A stretch of 64,000 nucleotides of DNA from Octopus sinensis (lineage: Eukaryota). Shown in pieces: positions 49,501 through 61,556 of the stretch; the stretch's first letter is position 1; the number at the start of each line of letters is the position of its first letter. The DNA lies in assembly GCF_006345805.1 (NCBI RefSeq), contig NC_043010.1, positions 24,986,001 to 25,050,000 of the forward strand, in the 5' to 3' direction. Below the pieces are notes generated by a model that ran no database searches, was not told where the DNA came from, and was given only the letters and a program-made list of their open reading frames with translations. A program made the position numbers and the translations under genes.

Positions 49501-52500
49501 CGCTCCAGCTGGCCAACTCCAGTCAAATCATCCAGTCTATGTCAACATGGAGAACTGATGTTTAATGATGATGATATATATACAACAAACACACACACAG
49601 CAAATGATAGACAGAAAATGGAATATACAAGAAACTTTATTGCTCACAATATATATATATGTCATCACACACACAAACACATGCAAATATGAATAGATAC
49701 ATTGCATGGTGGTTGTGGTAACAGATTGGTAAGATTCGTTGAAACAATACACCCGAGTGTATTCATATGCATGTGAAGAACTTACCTTTGTAACGTCTAA
49801 GTATTGCACGTTGAACAACAGCTTTACAGACAGCACTGTTACCAGTATTCAGCTCAATGGCTTTATCTAGATCCTCTAAAGCCCCTAAAAGATAAAGACA
49901 GAGTGCGTATGTTTTGTTCAGTTAATGCAACCATATAGTCAAACCGTCCAACCCATGCTAGCATGGAAAGCGGACGTTAATCAATGATGATGATGATGAT
50001 GATACAATGCAGGGAGCAATGAAAAAAAAAGGGGTTGTCTAGAAATAGTGTGTGCGTGTGAACATGTGCATGCACGAGCATGAATGCATGTATGTGTGTA
50101 TCTATGTATAATAATTTACACACATCAACTTCCTATATTTCAGGACTAAACAACTAAATTCAGGTTTACCTTGAATATCACCCTTCAAACGGAGTGCTTG
50201 AGCTCGATTATTATAACCAGAAGACAATTGCGGAGCAAGTTGTATAGCCTGAGTAAACATGTGAATTGAAGAATCTAGGTTTCCATCTTCAGCTTCCTGA
50301 ACTCCTCGAACTTCCCAAGACTTAGCTTCTTGCTCAAAAGCAGCCAATATTTTAGGTTCTGAAAAATAAAATATTTATCAATATACCACTGTTTTCCTGA
50401 TTATTTTTATTATTGTAATTATTTCACAACAGTAGAAACACAAACACTCACAATTAGCTGAATTCATTGCATCTTACAATTCCCGGAGTCGGATGATATT
50501 AACTGACTTTTGGTTAGATTATTTTTTATTTTGTTTCACACATATTCAACCACTAGTTTTTGTGGCAAATAAAAGATATATGTTGGGGAAAGTTGGGTTT
50601 AGTAGCTAAGTGATAAGATCTTTGAATGACAAAAGAGATGTGATCATGTAGTTGAAGAAAAGGAAATAAGCAGCAAAAATTAAGGAAGTATTAGATATTT
50701 TGAATATCATTGCAGCTGCTTCTGGATGGGGATGCATTAGCTAAAGGTACCAGAATAGCTAGAGAGTAGTGGCATTAGCTGTTATATAAGGGTTATGAAG
50801 GAGTTTCACGTTGATGGCATATATATGTGTTATTGAATGTGTTGACATTAAGTACAAGATGCATTCCAGAAGTTTTGGGACCTTTATTAATGTCAAAGTA
50901 CAAAATATCCTTCAAATTAGGATTCACTGACTCCAATGCATTTGTTGTAACACTCCAACCACTTCATGAAGACCCCCTTGGAAGTCTTCCAAGGTGAAGG
51001 TGTCCAGGACCCTTGTTACAGCCTCCTTCATCTTTTCAATTCTTCAAAACCACTACCCAAGAGGTTCTCCTTCAGCTGGGGGAACAGTCAAAAGCACAGA
51101 GCAAGGTCTGGACTGTAGGGATGGTGAAAGACAGTGTTGATGCTCATCTAAGTCAGGTAGTCGGTTGTCAGGATAGAATTGTGGACTGGCATTTTTCCTT
51201 GTATAGGTGCTCTGACCTTTTGAGACAAAATCTCTTCCTGAACACACTAAAAGCCTTCACAAGGTACTCTTTGTTGACTATGTAGCTAGAGGGAATCCTG
51301 TGGCTGTAGATGATCCCTTGCAGGATCATCATGAACTTCCTGGTAGACTTGCTTTACCTGCTCTCTTGTGCCAGCAAAAAACAGATGTTCAAGTCATATG
51401 AGCAGTCTGGACCATTTCAGAAGTTTCTGTAGTGTTTTTCTCCACTTTAACACAAAACTTTATTATATAGTGAGCTTCCCAAATTGTCTTCATGTCCTGA
51501 TTGTATTTTACAAAATAGTTAGCTGTAACAAGCAGTGTTTAGTAAGATGCTTTCAACGTGTTGTTACAGCCATCTCCCTTAATCTGAAATAACAAAAGTT
51601 GACAAGTCAGCTTATTAGATGTATAGTAACGATGTGCTAAAGTCACAATAATCTAGGATAGTTATAATTGCCTCTCCTAAAAAAGTTTCAAAATTTCTGG
51701 AATGCACTTTGTACATATTGTTTAACAACAGGTGAACACTGATTGAGCAGACCTATGAGTAAAAGCACTCCAACCATGACCATCCTGTCTAATTATTTTC
51801 TGAAAAAATAGTGCATCTAGTAGTGTATTATCTAATATATCCATTTTTAATAGTGACTGTAGAACTAAAAAACAAAAGATAACTTTAAAATGTTTGATTA
51901 TATTTTCTGATAATGTCCCAGAATGAACTGCTGTTTTATCATAAGTTTTGTAAATAAAAGACAAACAGCTGTGACTTTACATAATCTCCACTGATGACAG
52001 AAAAATTTTCATGCCTTATAGATTTCATTTAAAAGTAAATTCATTATAATTGTATTATAATCAATTATGTATATACATATGTATGCATGTATGTTCTTAT
52101 TTAGTTTTATTTCTAGATTTCTTATCAATCATCATCATCATCATCATCGTTTAGCGTCCGTTTTCCATGCTAGCATGGGTTGGACGGTTCTACTGGGGTC
52201 TGTGAAGCCAAAAGGCTTCATCAGGCCCAGTCAAATCTGGTAGTGTTTCTACGGCTGGATGCCCTTCCTAACGCCAACCACTCTGTGAGTGTAGTGGGTG
52301 CTTTTTACGTGCCACCCGCACAGATGCCAGACGGAGCTGGCAAACGGCCACGAACGGATGGTGGTTTTTATGTGCCACCGGCACGAGGGCCAGGCGAGGC
52401 TGGCAACGGACACGAAACGGGGCGGTGCTGGCAACGGTCGCGAAACGGAAGGTTCTCTTACATGCCACCGGCACTGGTAACACATCTGCAATTTCCATTG

Positions 52501-55500
52501 ATCGATTTCGATTCTGATCCTCACTTGCCTCAATGGGTCTTCACAAGTAGAGTTTCGACATGCCGCCGGCACTGGTAACACATCTGCAATATCCATTGAT
52601 CGATTTCGATTCTGATCCTCACTTGCCTCAACAGGTCTTCACAAGTAGAGTTTTGTGTCCCAAGAAGGGAAGGTATGCATATGCAGGCTGGCTCCATCCC
52701 ATGTAGGCCACGGTTTATGGACTCACTTGTCCGGCCGGGTCTTCTCGCGCACAGCACACTTCCAGAGGTCTCGGTCTCTAGTCATTTCCTCAGTGAGACC
52801 TAAAGTTCGAAGGTCGTGCTTCACCACCTCGTCCCAGGTTTTCCTGGGTCTGCCTCTTCCACAGGTTCCCTCAACCGCTAGGGTGTGGCACTTTTTCACA
52901 CAACTATCTTCATCCATTCTCGCCACATGACCATACCAGCGCAAACGTCTCTCTTGCACACCACAACTGATGCTTCTTAGGTCCAGCTTTTCTCTCAAGG
53001 TACTTACACTCTGCCGAGTATGAGTACTGACATTACACATCCATCGGAGCATACTGGCTTCATTTCTTGCGAGCTTATGCATATCCTCAGCAGTCACGGC
53101 CCATGTTTCACTGCCATGTAGCATGGCTGTTCGTACACACGCATCATACAGTCTGCCTTTCACTCTGTGCGAGAGGCCTTTTGTCACCAGCAGAGGTAAG
53201 AGCTCTCTGAACTTTGCCCAAGCTATTCTTACTCTAGCAGTTACACTTTCAGCACACCCGCCCCCGCTGCTGACTTGGTCACCTAGGTAACGGAAACTAT
53301 CAACTATTTCTAGTTTTTCTCCCTGGAAAGTGATGGAAGTTGGTCTCAGAGCATTTTCAGTGTTTATTGTTCCTGAGCATCTGCCACATACAAAAACCAT
53401 CTTCCTAGTTAGCCTTCCTTTGACATTGCTTCACCTCTTATGTGTCCATAGCTTACACTTGGTGCATCTTATAGAGTTTCTACCTACACCTTTTCTACAG
53501 ATCGAGCAGGGCCATCTACCTGAAGGCGTTTGTGATTTGTCTACCTTCCTACTGATTACGACTTTGGTTTTAGCTAGATTGACTCTGAGGCCCTTCGATT
53601 CTAATCCTTGTTTCCACACCTGAAACTTCTCCTCCAGTTCTGATAGCGACTCAGCAATTAGAGCAAGGTCATCAGCATAGAGGAGCTCCTAAGGGCATCC
53701 TGTCTTGAATTCCTCCGTTATTGCCTGGAGGACTATGATAAATAGGAGGGGGCTGAGTACTGAGCCTTGGTGGACTCCTACCTCTACCCGGAATTCTTCA
53801 CTACTCGTTTCCAACCCTCACCCTACTAGCAGTGTCCCTATACATGGCCCGCACAGCTCTCACTAACCATTTATCTATCCCTAGTTTCCTCATTGCCCAC
53901 CAGATAAGGGATCGGGGGACCCTGTCGAAGGCTTTCTCCATGTCAACAAAAGCCAGGTACAGGGGCTTATCTTTGGCTAGGTATTTCTCCTGCAGCTGCC
54001 TTACCAGGAATATAGCATCAGTAGTACTTTTCCCTGGCACAAACCCAAACTGCATCTCATCTAAACTAACTCTCTCTCTAATTAGTTGGGCTATGACCCT
54101 CTCCGTAACCTTCATCACCTGATCCAACAGCTTGATACCTCTGTAGTTATTTGTATCTAGGGCGTCACCTTTACCTTTGTAGCAGTTGACTATTATGCTG
54201 CTACACCAATCATTGGGTATGACTCCTTTGTGTATCACCTGATTAACTATATGGATGACTAGGCTACAGCCAACACTACCAGACATTTTGAGCATCTCTG
54301 CAGTGATTCCTGATGGGCCTGGGGCTTTCCCTGTCTTCATGCTTCTAATTGCCTTAGCTACCACGGAACTATCAACTCGGATAGCTGGTCCCTCTGTTGG
54401 GTCAACATTCGGCAGACTCTCTTTATCCCATTCATTTTCTTTATTCAGCAACCTTTCATAGTGGCATCTTCAAACCTCTCTCTTTGCATCCTCATTTAGC
54501 GCAAGTGAACCATCTTCCATGCGAACACACTTCTCTCCTACCACATCACGATTCTCTCTCACACACTGTCTTGCAACGCGAAACACCTCCAGTCTTTGGT
54601 CCTCACGGCGCAGAACATTGGCAAATTTTTTCTTATCTGCTTCCCCTCTGGCTAAATAAACCTGTATCCTAGCTTCTCTTTTGGCAGTCTGATACAATTC
54701 CCTGCTACCCCCATTTTTCCAGACCTTCCAAGCCTGTCTCTTTTCTCTAATAGCCCTGTCTACAATATTGTTCCACCACCACGTTATTCTAGGTCGAGAG
54801 GGGACTTTGCACCAGCCACAGATCTGGTCAGTGGCTCTCAGCAGGTTGTCCCTTAGAAACGTCCAGCTGTCTTCTACCCCCTGTGATGCTCTATCCCCTT
54901 CTACTTCGTCAGAGGCTTCAAGTAATATGTCCCTAAATCTCTGTCCATTTGCAGGATCTTTAAGCTTCCAGATCCTTCTTCTCCATATTGGTCGTCTTCT
55001 GGTTGTCCTCCTAGTCCTGATCCTAAAGTCACTAACTACCAGTCTATGTTGTGGGGTACATTCTTCACCTGGGAAGGTTTTGGCATTTATAAGCAGCCAT
55101 CTCTGCCTTTGCCTTGCAAGGATGTAGTCAATTTGGCTGGTATGTTGGCCCGATCGGTAAGTGACTAGGTGGCTGGTAGGTTTCCTGAAGTTAGTGTTGC
55201 AAATCATAAGATTATTTGCATCGCAGAACTCCAGCAGCCTGGTTCCCTCCTCGTTGCGGGAGCCATAGCCATAGCCTCCATGTACGCCATGGAAGCCCCC
55301 AGCATGTCGTCCAACGTGACCATTGAAGTCACCAGCCACAAAGATAAGGTCTCTGTCGTTCGTCAACAAGGTAGTCTGCAGTAGAGTGTCATAGAATCGG
55401 TCTTTCTGTCCATCGGGTAGCCCCGACTGAGGAGCATAGGCTGATATAATGGTTGAAGCACTAATCTAATTTTAAGTATTCTGTCACATACTCTGATTAC

Positions 55501-58500
55501 CTCAATTACTTTATCTACCCATTTTTCAGCGATAAGTATACCCACGCCACCAACCCCGTCAGTGTTCCCTGCCCAGAAAATCTTGTACCTGCGTTCCTTG
55601 CCTGTGAGGAACCTAGCTGATCCTCCTCTCCACCTTATTTCTTGCATGCAACATATATCCACACATCTCCGTTCAAGCATCTCGACTATCTCACCAGACC
55701 TACCTTTCAGAGTGCCAACGTTGAGGGTGCCAACCCTGAGGGTGTGGGAGGCAACCAGTTTCTTACCTAGATCCAAGACTTTCACTGGAATTTTTAACAA
55801 CATCAACAGGATATTTGTGCTTGATTGTGTATATAAGTGAAATATTTGGGGTCAGTGCATGTGCAGATTTGTATGCTTTGTTTTATGTTGCATATTTAAA
55901 TATATGCAGATGTATTTAAATGCTTAACTTTTGGAAAGTTTTACCTACTTTGACAATTTCATTGATGCCTGTAATATTTTAATAAGCTTTCTCCTTTAGA
56001 ATCCTAATTTCTCAAGATTGGTGTTGAGGCATACAGCTTCAAGTCATCTACAAAAAAAAGCAGTGTGTAATTTTGATATTTCTGCCTCTATGAACCAATG
56101 AGATATCCTTCATACTTCCCCAATCTGATTGACAAGGGGTTTATGGAAAGTATGAGCAGCATCACAAAGAAAGAGAGAGAAACTGTCTCCTTGAAATATA
56201 CCTCTGTGATATTGTATTTTATCAGTTATAATACCATCATTCTTTGTATTTAACTTCAATTAGGTGGCCTAGGATCAAGTCAGGTCAGCTATGGCTTTTG
56301 ATTATGCTCCCAGGAACTTTAGCAAACCAATGGGGAGGGGGACAGGGTCACAGGCTTACTTATAGTTCATCAGTATTGAAACCAGGCACCTATGGCATTA
56401 GTTTTGTTTATCAACACTTGCTTGGCACATCCCCAAATTCCCTTCTTCCCAGTTGCTTGTTCTGTTGTGGTATGTATGAATGTCTCTTCTATTTTTTAAT
56501 TATTATAAATATTCCACTGAGAAGGGAGCTGGTTTCCAACAAAGATGCAAGACTCCATATTTGGAAATAGTTAACACAGACAAATTCACATTTGGAACTT
56601 GAGAAAAGTCTTGCATATTTTTACCGTTCCACTCACAGATTGCACTTGTACAAATCTGCTGGTCGATTTCTCTTTCTGAAAATCCCAGTTTATCCAGATT
56701 CTCCTTTAAGTATTTACTAATAAAACCTAGTTCTCCAATTACAATTGGTATGAATATGAATTCATATTCTGGATATAGAATTTCAAAGAGATATTTATAT
56801 CTGCAGGGCAGCTGACCTCTATGACAGAACATACCTTTGTTCCTGTCCTAAACAACAATATCTGGCATGTTATGTTTATATTTGACAGAAGGAATATTCC
56901 ACCAGTATTCCTTGAGATGGTGTTTATGAATGTATTCCATAACAGAGGAATTTTCTAAGTTCATTTCAGGACAATTTTTTTTGTGGATGGCATTGTAAAT
57001 TGTTTTAGTGACAACATCGTGCTGCATAGGGAGGTAGTGGCATGACGACATTTTAGGACAGCTGCTAATCACATGTATGATGTCTTCCACAGAAACATGA
57101 CATAGCCTACACATGCGGTTGCACCTCGGGATTATAAGAGCGTCACCGTCTCTTTTGTTCACCAGGAACTTTGTGGCAATCCCCTGTTCCTGGATTGCAA
57201 ACGCATAGCCTTCAAAGTGTGAAGTGGTGTAGTGGTCTTGTGTCCAAAAGCAGCTGTGCTTTGTGTCAATTCTACTGTCTTCTTCAAGCTTCCAGGCAAC
57301 ATACCCATGCCTAGTCTTTTTTTTTTTGTATGCTGAGTGCTTTCCATCCAGATTTTCTCTGAGGTAAGAGAGCTGTTTTGGGGCGGTATAGATCATCAGG
57401 AAGAGAATGCTTCTTGAGCAGCTCACTGCCAATTTATACAATATTACTCACTTCACTTTTCAGCACTTTTTTATTTTTGCTGCTGTTCTTCAGCAGGTGC
57501 TGCCTGAGTGATACCATACAGCATTTGAAGGCCGTCTTCACTGACCTCAGGCCTCTACTACCTCCATTTCTTCTTAGGTAGAGCCTGTCAACAGCACTGT
57601 TTCTATGGAAGTTCCCAGTTGTTGTCAGGATTTTGCGGGTTTTGATATCAATGGAGTGGATTTCCTCTACAGACCAATCAAGTATCCCAAATGTTGGGAT
57701 CAGCACTGGTACTGAAAATGCATTATGGGATATTGTTTTGTTGTAAGAGGAGAGTTCTAACAGTCATATTTTCCTAAGTTTTGTGTAATATTCTTGGGTC
57801 ACTTTACTTTTATTCACAACTAGCAGTATCGCCCGGCGTTGCTCAGGTTTGTAAGGGAAATAACTATAAAGCATTTTTAGAGAGTTATAGCCAAAAAATA
57901 TCAAAAAAATGGAAAAAAATGATGGTAAATTTTTTTTTGAGATATAAAAAAGGTGGAGTTGCGTTCCCTAGACAGTTTGTGGTTCGTGTTTCTGATTCTC
58001 GACCCCATGTCGAATTTATCGATTTTTTTCAGAACTGGAGGAACTTTTCAAAATTTTCACTGCGTTAGTTTTGAATTATGACATTGGGCTATGTGTGTGT
58101 CAAGTTTCATCAGAATCGGTTGAAAGCCGTGGTCAGGGTGAGGGTACAAGCAAACAGACACACAGAAACACGCACAGACAAACTGCCGTTTATATATAGA
58201 GAGATGCCTTTGATACATTTTCATCTATGCCAAGGTACTTGTAACATTCTTTATGTGGAATGGGGGAGATAGAGAGACTATTGATGCACAGATTTTGGGT
58301 TTGGGAGACTGACTTTCCTCATTCTATAACCAAATATAAACATTTCTTTTGGCCAAATTCCATGCCTATATCAGCTGAAAATGTTGTTATTAATTTCAGT
58401 TGCTTTTTGGCATTGTTAACACTTTTAGCATAAATCTTGAGGTCGTCTACAAAGAAATTATGAGTTACATTGATATTTCTAGCAGTTGAAGATCCTAGCA

Positions 58501-60292
58501 TGTAACCATTTGTTTTCTGCAGTAGGAACGATAATGGATTCAGTGCCAAAATGAAAAGAAATACAGAAAGACTATCTCCCTGGGATATTTCCTTTGAAAT
58601 GCTTATAGTATCTGAAACAATTATTCTGTTCTCAGTTGAAGGGTGAGAATTGTTGTCCATGTCTTTGTCTCTCAATAGCAGCAATTAGGATGGTAGGTAC
58701 TTTTGCCAGATGTTGGCACTTCAACAGTCATGAATGAAGGATAGAGTTGAATGCCTTCCTATAGTCAAGCCATACTGTCGCAAGGTTTCTTCACTGTTTT
58801 CTTATTTCAGACAGTACAACTATTCTACACAAACCCCCATTTTTGGCTATGTAGAATACGAATCTGCAAAAAAATTGGCAAAAATCGGCATTGTGAAATT
58901 TCTTAATTTTTAACTTTTTTCAGATTTTTTTTTTCAAAAATATGCGCAAAAATACCAAGATTATGATTCTGAAAAAAATTTCCAAAAATTTTTCTACTTA
59001 GGGATAGGGGGTTAGGAGGTTAGGGTTAGGGTTACGGAAAAAAGTGAAAAATGAAGAAATTGGGGTAAGGGTGTAAGGGGGGGATTTAAAAATTCTGATT
59101 TTGGCAATTTTCCAGAATCTCCGTACCCCAAAACGTATGTTTTTGGCAAAAAAATTTATACATTTGTGTGAAGAAATTAATTCATTAAGTTTAACTAATT
59201 ATATACGTCTGTGTAAAAAAAAAAAAAATAATTAAATTTCAGAAATTATATACGTTCGCGTTTGTGTAAAAAAATTATTATTTAAGTTTTTAAAATTATT
59301 TACTTTGTTCGAAAAATATTATTAATATTAATTAATTTTCGAGAATTATTTAATTTATATAATTATTTCATTAATTTTATTCTGTAAAATAGTAATTAAT
59401 TCACATAAGGGGGATCAGCCATCTGAATGTGGCTAGGGACAGGGCGGGGTGGTGGGGGTGTTACTGATGCATTTAGCCCCAGGCGATCATCGACGTCACC
59501 AGAAGGGCCGACACCATCACGGTGTCCTTGCCAGCCTGCAAAGGGAGATCAGCCTCCCCATCTGTAAAATAGTACAAATATTCGGCAAATCCGCGAGGGA
59601 ATCGCTATGTTGTCACTCAGCCAGCTAGAAATAGCAGCCAGATTTCCCTCCAATAACACCTTATTGTCTTAAAAAGCAGAAAGGTATCTAAAAAATCCGA
59701 GTTTTTTTTTTTTTTAGTGAAAATCGTGCGGGTGTTACTCTGTAATTTTACCCAAAAAATTATATACACTTGTGTGAAGAAATTAATTCATTAAGTTTAA
59801 CAAATTATATACGTTTGCATGCGCGAATCGGGGACGCGCGATACAAGTATATATCGCGCATGCGCCAGTTAGCTCGTAGGATCGACTACCTACGTCTGGC
59901 TAGCGCGAACGCGCAAACCGGGTCTAGTCTACGTTACTAGTACACCGATGGTCATGATTTTAGTAATAAAGAGACACAAATGTAAATAGTTGTAGTAAAA
60001 GCTGTATATCATAAGCTAAGCGAAAAATAAAAACCTCATCTTAGCGGCACAAAGAATGGGGTTCGATCATCACTAAATTGATTTCCATCAACATGTATGT
60101 ATTTACGTGAATATGTAAAATAGTAAACAAAAGAAACGCTTTCAGAAAAGTTACTTGGAGGTTACCTTCATTCGAGTTAATTATTTCAATATCTTCGGTA
60201 GTGTTGTGCGGATTTTCAGGATTGAAAACTCTATTAAGCACTGCCTTGTCATAGTCGCTGATTGCTACACGGTCGCTTTTCTCTTCATGCAT
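43362..60292 (-). CDS. TTC36: Tetratricopeptide repeat protein 36 orthologue, 4 coding exons (60292-60166, 50358-50170, 49884-49786, 43528-43362), 582 nt, 193 aa
   Basis: Manual splicing gives MHEEKSDRVAISDYDKAVLNRVFNPENP...EAEDGNLDSSIHMFTQAIQLAPQLSSGYNNRAQALRLKGDIQGALEDLDKAIEL...LNPYAALCNQML...EESI*. This carries the TTC36 signatures D.AVL..IFNP..P, YNNRAQA.RL.GD..GALEDL..A.EL and LNPYAALCN.ML. All introns are GT-AG and the frame is preserved. Confidence 0.93.
43590..44365 (+). mobile_element. R4/Dong-like element 3' fragment (CCHC plus restriction-like endonuclease) bracketed by (AAT)n
   Basis: SWAWLKKG.IKKETESLIV.A.DQA; VKVVPIIIGALG; (AAT/GAT)n on both sides; inside TTC36 intron 3. Confidence 0.78.
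44390..45790 (+). mobile_element. Degenerate R4/Dong-like RT to CCHC fragment
   Basis: NYRPITCLP..WKPLT; NHLLFMDDLKL; LYLSRKEGGRGL; CRLCKSKEKSVSYIVIECSKLAQKEYK. Confidence 0.78.
46500..47760 (-). mobile_element. Two short RTE 3'-end fragments (46520-46750, 47320-47560) with (GAT)n tails
   Basis: catcatcatttaacatcc..tttccatgct.gcatgggttgga motif shared with the RTE 3' end at 35101 and 52129. Confidence 0.7.
48110..49270 (+). mobile_element. Older degenerate RTE LINE fragment
   Basis: LYLAFVDMEKAFDRIPH.LIWWAMQKL; GRPRKTWD; internal deletions. Confidence 0.8.
49370..50000 (+). mobile_element. Two RTE 3'-end stubs flanking TTC36 exon 3 (49370-49575 and 49930-50000)
   Basis: ccaacccatgctagcatggaaagcggacgtta..(gat)n and a diverged equivalent. 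Confidence 0.6.
49786..49884 (-). CDS. TTC36: TTC36 coding exon 3 (99 nt), not in the ORF track
   Basis: Acceptor tctttatcttttag|GG, donor AAAG|GTAAG; encodes GALEDLDKAIELNTGNSAVCKAVVQRAILRRYK. Confidence 0.92.
50170..50358 (-). CDS. TTC36: TTC36 coding exon 2 (189 nt)
   Basis: Acceptor tttatttttcag|AAC, donor CAAG|GTAAA; TPR helices with YNNRAQALRLKGD. Confidence 0.93.
50855..51711 (-). mobile_element. Mariner-family transposon, internally deleted, both TIRs and TA TSD
   Basis: TA|CAAGATGCATTCCAGAAGTTTTGGGAC ... GTTTCAAAATTTCTGGAATGCACTTTG|TA; minus strand LHHPYSPDLALCF*LFPQLKENLLG (mariner YSPDL). Confidence 0.88.
52129..55790 (-). mobile_element. Near full-length RTE LINE (APE endonuclease plus RT) with few lesions, in TTC36 intron 1, same strand as the gene
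   Basis: LRVGTLNVGTL..., GDFNGHVG, SQIDYIL (EEP endonuclease); KAPGPSG, NYRGIKLL, FVDMEKAFDRV, YADD, DSFRYLG; at least two frameshifts and some stops; (GAT)n tail; ~100-bp tandem duplication in the 3' UTR. Confidence 0.93.
56480..58690 (-). mobile_element. R4/Dong-like element fragment interrupted by a Helitron
   Basis: ISQGDSLSVFLFILALNPLS, HNFFVDDLKIY; RLYLRRNGGSRGL; CRLCHVSVEDIIHVISSC; PDIVV; IPIVIGELG. Confidence 0.85.
57820..58204 (-). mobile_element. Short non-autonomous Helitron
   Basis: Minus strand A|TCTCTCTATATATAAACGGCAG ... hairpin ... GATACTGCTAG|T; 3' part shared with the 18868-24812 family. Confidence 0.85.
59381..59574. mobile_element. 166-bp GC-rich insertion flanked by a 14-bp direct repeat (candidate TSD)
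   Basis: TCTGTAAAATAGTA at 59381-59394 and 59561-59574. Confidence 0.55.
59815..59925. promoter_or_regulatory. CpG-rich patch near TTC36 exon 1 with palindromic GCGCATGCGC (NRF-1-type) site
   Basis: GCGCATGCGC at 59856-59865; local CpG enrichment in an otherwise CpG-poor window; ~300 bp into intron 1. Confidence 0.35.
60166..60292 (-). CDS. TTC36: TTC36 coding exon 1 (127 nt)
   Basis: ATG at 60292-60290; donor GAAG|GTAAC at 60166/60165; encodes MHEEK...DKAVLNRVFNPENP...NSNE. Confidence 0.88.
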
Positions 60293-61076
60293 AATGGCTT
60301 GCGAGCAAGTAAAAATATAATAAACAAAAACCTTCTGGTAACCACGATAATACACAAATCGAATACGAAGATTTTAACAATGGGGCAGAGCAAGAAGGAG
60401 AGTTCCTGAAACGATTTTTGATTGGACAAAAGTTATTGCGGGTGCGTCATTTCCAGTTGTTTAACCGCATCTTACCCGCTAATTGAGCTGTTCTTTGATG
60501 AAAAGCTTTCCTTCCACGACTATCTGTTTTGTGTAGAGTATCTAGAATTGTTTTATCTAATGTGTCCTTCCCTTTTTTAAAGCTGAGGAGTGTGATATGA
60601 GGGGAATTTGACTGATATTTCTAGCAGTTCGGACGAGCATGTAGAGATTTTCTAGTCTTTAGTAATTGTTTAGCGAGGTCAATGCTGATAAAGCAGGTAG
60701 AACCAAGGACGTTCTAGTCATTACATACACGTGTATCTCAAAACAAAAACAAAACGAATAATTTTAGATACACGCGTAACAATTAAATTAATTTAACAAT
60801 TAAGAAAAAAAAAACAACGAAAGGCTAAAATTTAGGGTTAGGGTTAGTGACAGGATGTTGTCTCAGTTTTAGACGCAGCAAATGATTTTAGCTAAATAGA
60901 GGCCATCGATTGGTTAAAATTCGAAAAATTAAACTACGTTAAACTTACAAATTACAATTTTCTCAAGAAAGCCAAGAGAAAAAATGTTTTATTTTGACAC
61001 ATTCTACCAGTATACGAAGTTTAAAAGTTAACTAGAAATTGTGTTGAAAACTGCCGTTCAAAAGGAAAAGATCCGG

Positions 61077-61350
61077 GAAGGGTATCTTTTTTTCTTCACT
61101 AATGTAAATAAACCCAATCTGTTTCTTAAAGGAGGGACATATTCATACAGCATGAAATGTTGTTTACCTAAATGTACTCCAGCGATTGGTTAAAATTGCC
61201 GAAATGCTCGAAATTTCAGACGAAATATCTTACAATAAAGCCAAGAAAAAATGATGTTTTATAAACACATTCTACCAGTATACGAAGTTTAAAAGTGTTT
61301 AGTTAACTAGAAATTGTGTTGAAAAGTGCCGTTCAAAAGGAAAAGATCCC
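61077..61350. mobile_element. MITE-like repeat (inverted homologue of 28555-28850), preceded by an older partial copy at ~60908-61075
   Basis: Sequence identity by inspection. Confidence 0.65.
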
Positions 61351-61556
61351 CCTTCCCTCACCCTAAATCTAAAATAGATTGAAATGCAATAGATCGATAC
61401 TAGGGTCATAATTACGGGTAACAATTTCATACGACACCGCTACGGAAAATGGGATTTTTTCTAGCGGTGTCAAATGAAAATTTCACCCATAATTATGGCC
61501 CTAGTATCGATCTATTAGATTTCAATCTATTTTAGGGTTAGAGGTTGGGGAAGGGT
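61348..61556. repeat. ~210-bp foldback palindrome (MITE-like)
   Basis: ...aatagatcgatactagggtcataatt..cgacaccgcta[loop]tagcggtgtc..aattatggccctagtatcgatctatt... Confidence 0.75.

Noticed and set aside
51985-52020. CUGAUGA-CA-GAAA hammerhead-like string
   Set aside because: No stem I pairing around the putative site.
52200-52232. Minus-strand CUGAUGA-AGCC UUUU GGCU as a hammerhead in the RTE 3' UTR
   Set aside because: No GAAA follows, and the sister copy at ~35178 lacks CUGAUGA.
60041-60355. Whole ORF 60041-60355 as a single-exon gene
   Set aside because: Only 60292-60166 matches TTC36; the rest is UTR and intron.
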